Shown piece after piece: positions 20,211 through 28,696 of a stretch of 64,000 nt of DNA. The notes beneath the pieces were generated by a model. The model saw only the letters and a list, made by a program, of their open reading frames with translations. It ran no database searches and had not been told where the DNA came from. A program made the translations under genes and the position numbers. The stretch comes from Escherichia phage DCP2, in sequence record OR780565.1, one strand, 5' to 3'. Numbering within the stretch: the first letter of the stretch is position 1; every line of letters begins with the position of its first letter.

Positions 20211-20405
20211 ATGTTAGGTTATCAAGCACGAGTAAAAGAAGAATACGATCAATTAATGCTCAAAATTAATGCACTGAGCAAATTTTTAGAAAGCACAAAG
20301 TTTCTAACGATTAATGAAGTTGAGCAAGAACTGCTGCTTTCACAGTTTATCTCAATGAAATCTTACGCAGATTGTTTAGAGAAAAGAATTGCACAATTCA
20401 AATAA
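20211..20405 (+). CDS. hypothetical protein (64 aa) flanked by twin hairpins
   Basis: ATG with SD GAGGAAAA; bounded by near-identical GGGC-TTCG-GCCC hairpins. Confidence 0.5.
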   Translation: MLGYQARVKEEYDQLMLKINALSKFLESTKFLTINEVEQELLLSQFISMKSYADCLEKRIAQFK

Positions 20406-20408
20406 AAT

Positions 20409-20431
20409 AAGGGCTTCGGCCCTTTTGTTTT
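20409..20431 (+). terminator. intrinsic terminator AAGGGC-TTCG-GCCCTT + T-rich tail
   Basis: GC stem, TTCG loop, TTTTGTTTT. Confidence 0.7.
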
Positions 20432-20491
20432 AAGAGAAATTATGATTTATTATATGAATACCAGTGATTCAGACATAAAAGGAAAGTCTAA

Positions 20492-21049
20492 ATGCAGAAA
20501 ACGAATCCGGGTTTACAGAGACTATTTCAGATTCCGACATTTACCCTATCGAACAATGATTTGACTAGTGAAATGAAGGTCAAAATTGCTGATACAGCAA
20601 GATACTCTTTAAAACAAAATCCTAATCAGGATAAAGCAGAAGTTATTGAAAGATGTCGTATCGCTGTGTACGCAGAATTTTTTGTAGCAGATTGGCTAAG
20701 CGGGTACGTTAACAAAGGCCAAGAGGATGTTAATGACCCGTATACATATGCATGGGATGTATTAGCGCATCCAAAATACTGTGGGCTTCGTGTAGAAGTT
20801 AAGACACATCAAACTGACTCACGTTGGATTTCTGTAACAACAGGATGCAGCGGAGAGTATCCATATGGTTCTGGAATAAATCTAGGGCCTATTCTAAATC
20901 ATCAAGTCGCTGACTGTATAATTATATTCAACACTAAAGAAATTCATCCAGGTGTCATCCAGTACACTCCGAAGTTCATCGGTGATAGAGAAGACCTTCG
21001 TAAGGTTGTAAGAAAAAGCAACTACAGCGGATGGTATCTTTCCATTTAA
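20492..21049 (+). CDS. denB: endonuclease IV DenB (185 aa)
   Basis: 185 aa and position between rIIB and ndd as in T4; assignment by size and synteny. Confidence 0.8.
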   Translation: MQKTNPGLQRLFQIPTFTLSNNDLTSEMKVKIADTARYSLKQNPNQDKAEVIERCRIAVYAEFFVADWLSGYVNKGQEDVNDPYTYAWDVLAHPKYCGLRVEVKTHQTDSRWISVTTGCSGEYPYGSGINLGPILNHQVADCIIIFNTKEIHPGVIQYTPKFIGDREDLRKVVRKSNYSGWYLSI

Positions 21050-21065
21050 AAAATTTCACAAAATG

Positions 21066-21095
21066 GTTTACATACCACAAGGACCGTGGTACTAT
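21066..21095 (+). promoter_or_regulatory. T4-type early promoter
   Basis: GTTTAC 21066-21071, TACTAT 21090-21095. Confidence 0.5.
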
Positions 21096-21122
21096 ACAAC
21101 TATCAACTACAGAGGAACAAAA

Positions 21123-21386
21123 ATGAAATTTAAATTCTTTTATGTTAAACATAAAATCACAGGTGAATTTGTTCATGTACAATATTCTGAAATTGACGAT
21201 GCAACATCATTTATTTCATTGGGATTGTCTAAATATGAATCAGACCAACCATATCTTACTGATAAATTGCAACAAGAGCGTTTGTTGAATGGTGATTTAA
21301 ACAATTCTTGGGAAGTTCTTATTTACGATGATTTAAAGAAAGCTATTAAAGAAAATAATCTTGAAATCATTGAGATTGAACTATGA
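21123..21386 (+). CDS. hypothetical protein (87 aa)
   Basis: ATG 21123 with SD AGAGGAA, downstream of the promoter. Confidence 0.5.
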   Translation: MKFKFFYVKHKITGEFVHVQYSEIDDATSFISLGLSKYESDQPYLTDKLQQERLLNGDLNNSWEVLIYDDLKKAIKENNLEIIEIEL

Positions 21387-21571
21387 GTTCACTATGGTGG
21401 TGTTTTGTTTGGTTAATTAGTATTCCAGTAATTTGTTTAATATTTACTTTTGTGATGAGGTTATTATGAAAATTTTGAATTCTGTACTTATTGCTTGTGC
21501 GTGGTGGGTTGCACAGGTTTCAGCGGTAGTAGTTGGTATTCACATTTATTACGAATATTTTTAAAAAAGTT

Positions 21572-21601
21572 GTTTACAAGACTGTTCTTCCGTGGTACTA
21601 T
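21572..21601 (+). promoter_or_regulatory. T4-type early promoter with SD-sequestering inverted repeat
   Basis: GTTTAC 21572-21577, TACTAT 21596-21601; GTTCTTCC 21584-21591 pairs with GGAGGAAC 21617-21624 (one G-U). Confidence 0.5.
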
Positions 21602-21629
21602 TACCCTATCAACTACGGAGGAACAGAAA

Positions 21630-21743
21630 ATGAAAAAGATTGTTAAAGCTATATGGAATGTAGTTATAATACTAGTAGTTTTGAGTATATTCCTAATCGT
21701 TTTAATGATTGATGTATTAAACGCTTACTTTGGATTTATGTGA
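21630..21743 (+). CDS. small hydrophobic peptide (37 aa)
   Basis: ATG 21630 with SD GGAGG at 8 nt; single TM segment. Confidence 0.4.
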   Translation: MKKIVKAIWNVVIILVVLSIFLIVLMIDVLNAYFGFM

Positions 21744-21750
21744 GGAAAAT

Positions 21751-21948
21751 ATGAAGCGTAAACGCAGTGCTTTTACATTTATTGAATGGTTTTTCGATAA
21801 TATTTTTCCGGCTTTATTCATTTTCATGCTGATTTTTGCCTTAGGTTCAGTTGTAGTTGGAATCTATTTGATGACAGTAGTCGGAATTGATATTCATCAA
21901 AATGGTTTAAAATCCGTGGTTGAAACAATTTGGAATGGTGTAAAATGA
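21751..21948 (+). CDS. small membrane protein (65 aa)
   Basis: ATG 21751 with SD GAGGA; two hydrophobic segments. Confidence 0.45.
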   Translation: MKRKRSAFTFIEWFFDNIFPALFIFMLIFALGSVVVGIYLMTVVGIDIHQNGLKSVVETIWNGVK

Positions 21949-22063
21949 TGAATTTGCTGAGCGGTTGGTTTTATATTCTTATGTTTTACATTGGTGCAAA
22001 TTTTCCATATTGGATGGGATGGTCAACAACTGCGTTTGGATTTTATACTCCTTGAGGTGAATT

Positions 22064-22279
22064 ATGAAAAGTTTTAAAGATGTAAAAGTTGGTGAAATTT
22101 TTTGTTTAGATAACGGTGATCAGTTAATTCGTATTTCACCTCTTAAGAGCACTAGCGAAAAAATGACAGTTAATGCTACTTTAGCAAATAACAGTAATGA
22201 ACGTTTCTGTATTGAAAATGATACTGAAACTTATACCGTAGAAGAGTTTTGGGAATTGAGCGTCGACTGCGACGATTAA
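22064..22279 (+). CDS. hypothetical protein (71 aa)
   Basis: ORF track; SD GAGG upstream. Confidence 0.45.
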   Translation: MKSFKDVKVGEIFCLDNGDQLIRISPLKSTSEKMTVNATLANNSNERFCIENDTETYTVEEFWELSVDCDD

Positions 22280-22338
22280 TTTAATGGCCGTGTGTATTCA
22301 TGCGGCCTTGGAGTAGAAAATAATTAGAGGAAAATAAC

Positions 22339-22797
22339 ATGAAATATATGACTGTTACTGATTTGAATAATGCAGGCGCAACTGTTATTGGTACAATCAA
22401 GGGTGGTGAATGGGTTTTTGGAACTCCGCATAAAGACATTTTGTCTAACCCTGGATTTTACTTTTTAGTAAGTAAATTAGATGGTCGTCCATTTAGTAAT
22501 CCATGTGTGTCTGCACGATTTTATGTAGGTAATCAGCGTTCTAAGCAAGGATTCAGTGCAGTTCTAAGTCATATTCGCCAGCGTCGATCTCAGCTTGCGC
22601 GTACTATTGCAAATAACAATGTTCCATACACGGTATTTTATCTACCTGCTTCTAAGATGAAACCTCTGACGACGGGATTTGGAAAAGGTCAGTTAGCTTT
22701 AGCGTTTACTCGTAATCATCATTCTGAGTATCAAACGCTTGAAGAAATGAATCGTATGTTGGCTGATAACTTTAAATTTGTTTTGCAGGCATATTAA
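22339..22797 (+). CDS. ndd: nucleoid disruption protein Ndd (152 aa)
   Basis: Size and position; followed directly by stp as in T4. Confidence 0.8.
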
Positions 22798-22877
22798 TGA
22801 GTAATTTCCACAACGAACACGTGATGCAGTTCTATCGTAATAATCTTAAAACTAAAGGCGTCTTCGGACGCCAGTGA
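22797..22877 (+). CDS. stp: Stp peptide (26 aa)
   Basis: [26 protein letters not shown] matches recalled T4 Stp; TAATG overlap with ndd stop. Confidence 0.85.
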
Positions 22878-22884
22878 GGAAAAT

Positions 22885-23043
22885 ATGAATATCGCAAAAT
22901 TATTAGGAGTTATTTCATTTATTTGTTGGATAGTAGCATGTGTTTTAACTATCTGTATTGATGCCAGCAGTGTGTTTTCGCAAGCTTTAGCTCAGGGTAT
23001 GTGTGCATATTTAACATTTGTGTTGTTATCTACTAATGATTAA
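22885..23043 (+). CDS. small membrane protein (52 aa; T4 ac position)
   Basis: ATG 22885 with SD GAGGAAAA; hydrophobic. Confidence 0.45.
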   Translation: MNIAKLLGVISFICWIVACVLTICIDASSVFSQALAQGMCAYLTFVLLSTND

Positions 23044-23176
23044 GAAAATCTTGGGCTACTCAGTAGCCCTTGCTGCTTTATTGGTAGCACTATATTATGG
23101 AGTAATGTTCGGATTAATTCAAGTCGTGCTTTTCATTTCTGATGTTATTATGGCACTACATTCACTAGTATGGTAA
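23036..23176 (+). CDS. small membrane protein (46 aa)
   Basis: ATG 23036; hydrophobic; coupled to gene 52. Confidence 0.4.
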   Translation: MIKKILGYSVALAALLVALYYGVMFGLIQVVLFISDVIMALHSLVW

Positions 23177-23180
23177 ATTT

Positions 23181-24509
23181 ATGCAACTGAATAATCGCGA
23201 TTTAAAAAGTATCATTGATAATGAAGCATTGGCTTATGCTATGTACACGGTTGAAAATCGTGCTATTCCAAATATGATTGATGGATTTAAGCCAGTTCAA
23301 CGATTTGTTATTGCTCGAGCTCTTGATTTGGCACGGGGAAATAAAGATAAGTTTCACAAACTTGCTTCTATTGCAGGTGGTGTAGCAGACCTTGGATATC
23401 ATCATGGTGAAAACTCTGCACAAGACGCAGGTGCTTTGATGGCTAACACATGGAATAATAACTTTCCTTTGTTAGACGGCCAAGGAAACTTTGGTTCTCG
23501 TACTGTTCAAAAGGCAGCGGCAAGTCGTTATATTTTTGCTCGTGTAAGTAAAAATTTCTATAACGTATATAAAGATACTGAATATGCTCCAGTACATCAA
23601 GATAAAGAACACATTCCGCCTGCTTTCTATTTGCCTATTATTCCTACTGTTCTTCTTAATGGCGTTTCCGGTATTGCAACTGGTTATGCAACTTACATTC
23701 TTCCTCATAGTGTTTCTTCTGTCAAGAAAGCTGTACTGCAAGCTCTTCAAGGAAAGAAAGTAACTAAACCGAAGGTAGAATTCCCAGAATTTCGTGGTGA
23801 AGTCGTTGAAATTGATGGGCAATATGAAATTCGTGGAACATATAAGTTTACTTCACGAACTCAAATGCATATCACTGAGATTCCATATAAGTATGATCGT
23901 GAAACTTATGTGAGTAAAATCTTAGACCCGCTTGAAGATAAAGGCTTCATTACATGGGATGATGCTTGCGGTGAGCATGGTTTTGGCTTTAAAGTTAAAT
24001 TCCGAAAAGAATACTCTTTGAGCGATAATGAAGAAGAACGCCATGCAAAAATTATGAAAGACTTCGGGTTGATTGAGCGTCGTTCCCAGAATATTACCGT
24101 CATTAATGAGAAAGGAAAGCTGCAAGTTTACGATAATGTAGTTGATTTAATCAAAGACTTCGTTGAAGTTCGTAAAACTTATGTCCAAAAACGAATTGAT
24201 AACAAAATCAAAGAAACTGAATCAGCATTTCGTTTAGCTTTTGCCAAGGCACATTTCATTAAGAAAGTAATTTCAGGTGAAATTGTTGTACAAGGTAAAA
24301 CTCGCAAAGAACTGACCGAAGAACTTTCTAAAATTGATATGTATTCTTCTTATGTTGATAAACTAGTTGGAATGAACATTTTTCATATGACTTCCGACGA
24401 AGCAAAGAAACTTGCTGAAGAAGCTAAAGCCAAAAAAGAAGAAAACGAATATTGGAAAACTACTGATGTAGTTACAGAATACACCAAAGATTTAGAGGAA
24501 ATCAAATGA
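23181..24509 (+). CDS. 52: DNA topoisomerase II medium subunit gp52 (442 aa)
   Basis: GyrA-like N-terminus (AYAMYTVENRAIPNMIDGFKPVQRF); 442 aa as in T4 gp52. Confidence 0.95.
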   Translation: MQLNNRDLKSIIDNEALAYAMYTVENRAIPNMIDGFKPVQRFVIARALDLARGNKDKFHKLASIAGGVADLGYHHGENSAQDAGALMANTWNNNFPLLDGQGNFGSRTVQKAAASRYIFARVSKNFYNVYKDTEYAPVHQDKEHIPPAFYLPIIPTVLLNGVSGIATGYATYILPHSVSSVKKAVLQALQGKKVTKPKVEFPEFRGEVVEIDGQYEIRGTYKFTSRTQMHITEIPYKYDRETYVSKILDPLEDKGFITWDDACGEHGFGFKVKFRKEYSLSDNEEERHAKIMKDFGLIERRSQNITVINEKGKLQVYDNVVDLIKDFVEVRKTYVQKRIDNKIKETESAFRLAFAKAHFIKKVISGEIVVQGKTRKELTEELSKIDMYSSYVDKLVGMNIFHMTSDEAKKLAEEAKAKKEENEYWKTTDVVTEYTKDLEEIK

Positions 24510-24655
24510 GTCCATTCATTGGTATCACAAGCGCTGCATTAGTATCTGGTGGCATTTTACTGGCGGGTTTAGGTGTTGTTCCTGCCGTAGCAGGAGGTCT
24601 TCTTGCGTTCGGAATTCAACGTGTTATCATGACAGTTATCACAGTCATGCAGTAA
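24506..24655 (+). CDS. small Gly-rich membrane peptide (49 aa)
   Basis: ATGA overlap with gene 52 stop. Confidence 0.4.
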   Translation: MSPFIGITSAALVSGGILLAGLGVVPAVAGGLLAFGIQRVIMTVITVMQ

Positions 24656-24660
24656 TTTTA

Positions 24661-24686
24661 GGGAGAGCCTCGGCTCTCCCTTTTTT
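24661..24686 (+). terminator. intrinsic terminator GGGAGAGC-CTCG-GCTCTCCC + T6
   Basis: Perfect GC-rich stem followed by TTTTTT. Confidence 0.85.
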
Positions 24687-24741
24687 ATTTCAAAAATTTT
24701 TTCACAAAACGGTTTACAACCAAAGCATACTGTGGTACTAT
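24687..24741 (+). promoter_or_regulatory. T4-type early promoter with A/T-rich UP element
   Basis: UP ATTTCAAAAATTTTTTCACAAAAC, GTTTAC 24712-24717, TACTAT 24736-24741. Confidence 0.6.
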
Positions 24742-24790
24742 ACAACTATCAAATAAATGAACTGAAACAAACAACCCGGAGATACAAAAA

Positions 24791-25018
24791 ATGAAATTTA
24801 AAATCGAAAACGAAATCGTTAAAGCTAAAAATGCTCTGACTGCTAACAAACTGGTTGTAGATGGTATTGAATATGATATCTGTGGAGTTCGTGAAGAAAA
24901 ACCTGGTGTTCTGACTTTCTTCACAATGATTTTTAAATTTAAAGGTGACACAGAATTCAAACAGTTTGATTTTGCCCATGAAGACGAAATCGAAGTTCGT
25001 AATCTGAACATTAAGTAA
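24791..25018 (+). CDS. hypothetical protein (75 aa)
   Basis: ORF track; SD GGAG. Confidence 0.5.
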   Translation: MKFKIENEIVKAKNALTANKLVVDGIEYDICGVREEKPGVLTFFTMIFKFKGDTEFKQFDFAHEDEIEVRNLNIK

Positions 25019-25057
25019 GTACTTTATTAGAGCTCTTGAAAAAGAGTGCAAAAAAGT

Positions 25058-25086
25058 GTTTACTTCTGCTTTAAACATGATACTAT
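25058..25086 (+). promoter_or_regulatory. T4-type early promoter
   Basis: GTTTAC 25058-25063, TACTAT 25081-25086; leader duplicates the one at 24745-24770. Confidence 0.5.
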
Positions 25087-25123
25087 AGACCTATCAAATA
25101 AATGAACTGAAACGGAGATTAAA

Positions 25124-25759
25124 ATGTCTAAAGTAACTTACATCATCAAAGCTTCTAACGATGTTCTGAATGAAAAAACTGCTGCGATTTTAATTACCAT
25201 TGCTAAGAAAGATTTCATTACAGCCGCAGAAGTTCGTGAGGTGCATCCAGATTTAGGTAACGCAGTAGTTAATAGTAATATTGGGGTATTGATTAAAAAA
25301 GGCCTGGTGGAGAAATCTGGTGATGGATTAATCATTACTGGTGAAGCTCAGGATATTATTTCAAATGCAGCAACTTTATACGCACAGGAAAACGCTCCGG
25401 AACTGCTGAAAAAACGAGCAACTCGTAAAGCTCGCGAAATTACTTCTGATATGGAAGAAGATAAAGACCTTATGCTAAAACTTTTAGATGAAAATGGATT
25501 TGTTCTTAAAAAGGTTGAAACTTACCGCAGTAACTATCTTGCTATTTTAGAAAAACGCACTCACGGAATTCGTAATTTTGAAATTAATAACAATGGAAAT
25601 ATGCGAATTTTTGGATACAAAATGATGGAACATCATATTCAGAAATTTACTGATATCGGAATGTCATGTAAAATCGCTAAAAACGGTAATGTGTATCTTG
25701 ACATTAAACGCTCGGCAGAAAACATTGAAGCTGTAATCACTGTAGCATCTGAACTGTGA
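25124..25759 (+). CDS. motA: middle-transcription activator MotA (211 aa)
   Basis: MSKVTYIIKASNDVLNEKTAAILITIAKKDF matches recalled T4 MotA; 211 aa. Confidence 0.9.
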   Translation: MSKVTYIIKASNDVLNEKTAAILITIAKKDFITAAEVREVHPDLGNAVVNSNIGVLIKKGLVEKSGDGLIITGEAQDIISNAATLYAQENAPELLKKRATRKAREITSDMEEDKDLMLKLLDENGFVLKKVETYRSNYLAILEKRTHGIRNFEINNNGNMRIFGYKMMEHHIQKFTDIGMSCKIAKNGNVYLDIKRSAENIEAVITVASEL

Positions 25760-25769
25760 GGAATAAATA

Positions 25770-26099
25770 ATGAACAAGTTAGAAATTGTCAATGAACTTC
25801 GTCGTTGTGTAGAACCTACTCAAGAGGGTTGGGACATCTGGTACCATGGAGCTTATCTTGGAACTATCGTAAAGATTAAGACTGGTAAATACATGATTAT
25901 TCGTGAAAGTAAAGATGCTCCAGTAGGTATTCGCAATAATTTTATGGCAGCGATAAGTTCATTTACGGATGCAGCTTACGAAATTTACCTTGCTGATTAT
26001 AAAGAATTTCAGGAATCTCAACCAGTTATTCGTTCAATTGGTGTTAACAAAGCTCAACAGAAAACTTTATGGCAACGTATTAAAGGATGGTTTAAATGA
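25770..26099 (+). CDS. hypothetical protein (109 aa)
   Basis: ORF track. Confidence 0.5.
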   Translation: MNKLEIVNELRRCVEPTQEGWDIWYHGAYLGTIVKIKTGKYMIIRESKDAPVGIRNNFMAAISSFTDAAYEIYLADYKEFQESQPVIRSIGVNKAQQKTLWQRIKGWFK

Positions 26100-26251
26100 A
26101 AACATTTAAAATTGTCGTAGAATTTTATAACGGCGAAGGTGTAGTCCATCTTAAAGCGGCCAACCAGTTTGATGCGGTAAGAGTATATTGTCAATGCTTT
26201 GAAAGTTCTAAACAAGCTATAAAAATTAAAAGTGTTGAGGAAACCAAATGA
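26096..26251 (+). CDS. hypothetical protein (51 aa)
   Basis: ATGA overlap both ends. Confidence 0.4.
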   Translation: MKTFKIVVEFYNGEGVVHLKAANQFDAVRVYCQCFESSKQAIKIKSVEETK

Positions 26252-26715
26252 AAACCTTCAAAGAGCGTCTTGAATTATTAGACCTGGCTTTATTACGTGA
26301 AACTCCAGAAAGTCTAGCAGCTAAATTACAGGCCTATGGCGACTACACCGAATATACGGAAGAGGATGTTTTAGAAGAGGTTCCTGAAATCTGTTGGCAA
26401 GTAGCTCATTGGAACAATAATGAAAAATATCAACGTCGAATTGTGTGTGCAGCCAACCGCTTTAAGTTAAAAGATGGTGGGACTCTGGTTATTCCTGGTG
26501 CTCGTCATTATTCTAAAGATATGGCTGAAGTTCTTGACCAGGTAAGTGATAAACTTGTATCAGACCATGTTTGTGGTGAAGACCAAGGATTTATTGACCA
26601 GTATAGCAATTACTGGACACGTGAAGAAGCAATGATTATTGCAACTTACGCTGGACAAGTGCGTATTGAACGTGGTGGTAGTGAAAAAGAACTTTACTCT
26701 GAGGACCTTTACTAA
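26248..26715 (+). CDS. hypothetical protein (155 aa)
   Basis: ORF track. Confidence 0.5.
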   Translation: MKTFKERLELLDLALLRETPESLAAKLQAYGDYTEYTEEDVLEEVPEICWQVAHWNNNEKYQRRIVCAANRFKLKDGGTLVIPGARHYSKDMAEVLDQVSDKLVSDHVCGEDQGFIDQYSNYWTREEAMIIATYAGQVRIERGGSEKELYSEDLY

Positions 26716-27011
26716 TGAATATTAAAAAGTTTCAAATTGATGGAATTACTAATCAAATCCAGGCGTTGGAATATGCCAATAAAATGATGTCAACCAATTG
26801 GGGAATTTATGCTAATGAACCTGCATTTCAGTTTTGTGATATGGAATTCACTAAAAAGCTCGTAGGAAAAGATTATGTATGCCCATTTAGTTATCCAGTA
26901 AATGGAATGCTAAAACTTGCTTTACGCGATCTTTATATTGCGATGAACGAAGAGATGATAAAAGAGCTAAAACGCCAACTGAAGGTGATTCAATTTGGCC
27001 AGGGAAATTAA
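26715..27011 (+). CDS. hypothetical protein (98 aa)
   Basis: ORF track. Confidence 0.5.
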   Translation: MNIKKFQIDGITNQIQALEYANKMMSTNWGIYANEPAFQFCDMEFTKKLVGKDYVCPFSYPVNGMLKLALRDLYIAMNEEMIKELKRQLKVIQFGQGN

Positions 27012-27213
27012 TTCAAAATCCGATTATTTTAATTCTCTCAACGATAAAGATAAAAATCTAATACGGCATTTTATTGTTGAGATGGGATATACCGATACAC
27101 GCGATTTAAGAGAACATATATTTGAATGTGGTGTAGCTAAAAAGTTTTCATTCACATGCAAATGTTTAAGAGAGGTAATTCAGCACTATGAACAATTTAG
27201 TCGCAAAGCATAA
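26995..27213 (+). CDS. hypothetical protein (TTG start with SD AAGGTG, or internal ATG 27079)
   Basis: ORF track start is TTG; start uncertain. Confidence 0.35.
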   Translation: MAREINSKSDYFNSLNDKDKNLIRHFIVEMGYTDTRDLREHIFECGVAKKFSFTCKCLREVIQHYEQFSRKA

Positions 27214-27296
27214 TTTTAATAAAGCTTCTGTTCATAAGGATAAGAAGAAAGCGTTTAAAGAATCTAATCGCAAACAGAAACATAAGGGGAAGGTCT

Positions 27297-27575
27297 ATGA
27301 TTATTGATTCTCAGTCCGTGGTTCAATACACAATCAAAATTGATATTCTAGAAAAGCTATATAAGTTTCTACCAAACCTATACCATTCAATTGTCAATGA
27401 ATTAGTTGAAGAGTTACATCTTGAGAATAATGATTTCTTGATTGGAACTTATAAAGACCTCTCAAAAGCAGGATATTTTTACGTAATTCCAGCTCCAGGA
27501 AAAAGTATTGATGATGTATTAGAAACTATAATGATTTATGTCCATGATTACGAAATTGAAGATTATTTCGAATGA
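27297..27575 (+). CDS. arn: anti-restriction nuclease Arn (92 aa)
   Basis: MIIDSQSVVQYT...YVHDYEIEDYFE matches recalled T4 Arn; 92 aa; adjacent to asiA. Confidence 0.75.
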   Translation: MIIDSQSVVQYTIKIDILEKLYKFLPNLYHSIVNELVEELHLENNDFLIGTYKDLSKAGYFYVIPAPGKSIDDVLETIMIYVHDYEIEDYFE

Positions 27576-27724
27576 GTCATAATCTTGAAAAGGTAATCGA
27601 GCATAATGTAGCTCAGGAACGTGAGTCGTTCAAGGAATTCGTAGAAAAAATTTTTGAAGAAAATAACACAGACCGATTTACAAATCAAGTGTCTGATGAT
27701 ATTATAATAAAGTCAACTAATTGA
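27572..27724 (+). CDS. hypothetical protein (50 aa)
   Basis: ATGA overlap with arn stop. Confidence 0.4.
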   Translation: MSHNLEKVIEHNVAQERESFKEFVEKIFEENNTDRFTNQVSDDIIIKSTN

Positions 27725-27736
27725 GTGGTATAGTTA

Positions 27737-28009
27737 ATGAATAAAAACATTGATACAGTTCGTGAAATTATTACTGTTGCGTCTATTTTGATTAAATTTT
27801 CCAGAGAAGATATTGTTGAGAATCGTGCTAATTTTATTGCATTTCTGAATGAGATTGGAGTAACGCATGAAGGTAGAAAGTTAAATCAGAATTCATTCCG
27901 TAAAATTGTTTCTGAATTAACTCAAGAAGATAAGAAAACCCTCATCGACGAATTCAACGAGGGTTTTGAGGGTGTATATCGATATCTAGAGATGTATACA
28001 AACAAATAA
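27737..28009 (+). CDS. asiA: anti-sigma-70 factor AsiA (90 aa)
   Basis: MNKNIDTVREIITVASILIKFSREDIVENRANFIAFLNEIG matches recalled T4 AsiA. Confidence 0.85.
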   Translation: MNKNIDTVREIITVASILIKFSREDIVENRANFIAFLNEIGVTHEGRKLNQNSFRKIVSELTQEDKKTLIDEFNEGFEGVYRYLEMYTNK

Positions 28010-28666
28010 TTATTTAGCCCTTCCTAATATTCTGGCCGCCTGAGAACATATTGATTCAAGGCGGTCATTACTTATATGATCATTTCTATACCAGTACATG
28101 GTTATTGTTCCAGCATAGATATTATCCAAATTGAAATATGGACAACTGTACATGTAATTTATTTCGGGAGTAGGCTTTTTAGTTGGTAAAAAAGCAAATT
28201 TTGAGTCGGAATAATAATGACGTCCATTTAAATGAACTGCATATTCATCCATAGTTTTATCAACAGGATATCCTCCAAGTGATTTTTCACTTATTGTTGA
28301 AGGTAATTTTCCTTCATATGCTATAATATCAACAAAATAGTTTAAGTTTTTAGGGCGGAAAGAATACACCGCACTAAAGTCTGCCTCAGATGATATATGA
28401 ACTATCTGGAGTTGTTCCAGGGCGACAGATTCAAAGCGTGCATTTCTTTCCTTTTCAATAATTTCACTGTATGTTTCATACTTTGATTGCTTATAGTACT
28501 CAAAGAAACTATCTCCCCTATACCAAACAATCGCCATTATAAACAAAAGAATTACGACAGCTACCCGGGAAGCAAGAACTTTCCCGGTAGCATTATCTTT
28601 GAACAAGCGATCTAGAACACCAAACAGAATATCAGAGGGCGAAAATGATATTCTAGGTGCTGCCAT
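28010..28666 (-). CDS. t: holin T (218 aa)
   Basis: MAAPRISFSPSDILFGVLDRLF..., single N-terminal TM, 218 aa as in T4 T. Confidence 0.9.
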   Translation of the reverse strand: MAAPRISFSPSDILFGVLDRLFKDNATGKVLASRVAVVILLFIMAIVWYRGDSFFEYYKQSKYETYSEIIEKERNARFESVALEQLQIVHISSEADFSAVYSFRPKNLNYFVDIIAYEGKLPSTISEKSLGGYPVDKTMDEYAVHLNGRHYYSDSKFAFLPTKKPTPEINYMYSCPYFNLDNIYAGTITMYWYRNDHISNDRLESICSQAARILGRAK

Positions 28667-28696
28667 AGACCCTCCTTTTAAGGGTATTTATTCACA

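Noticed and set aside
23060-23100. Possible MotA-box middle promoter (TGCTTTA followed by TATATT) upstream of gene 52, and similar TGCTT matches elsewhere
   Set aside because: Single degenerate matches with variable spacing; middle promoters cannot be called reliably by eye without -10 context and expression data.
27188-27307. Lys-rich 39-codon ORF overlapping the end of ORF 26995-27213 and the start of arn
   Set aside because: It overlaps two better-supported frames and has extreme composition; kept only as a possibility.
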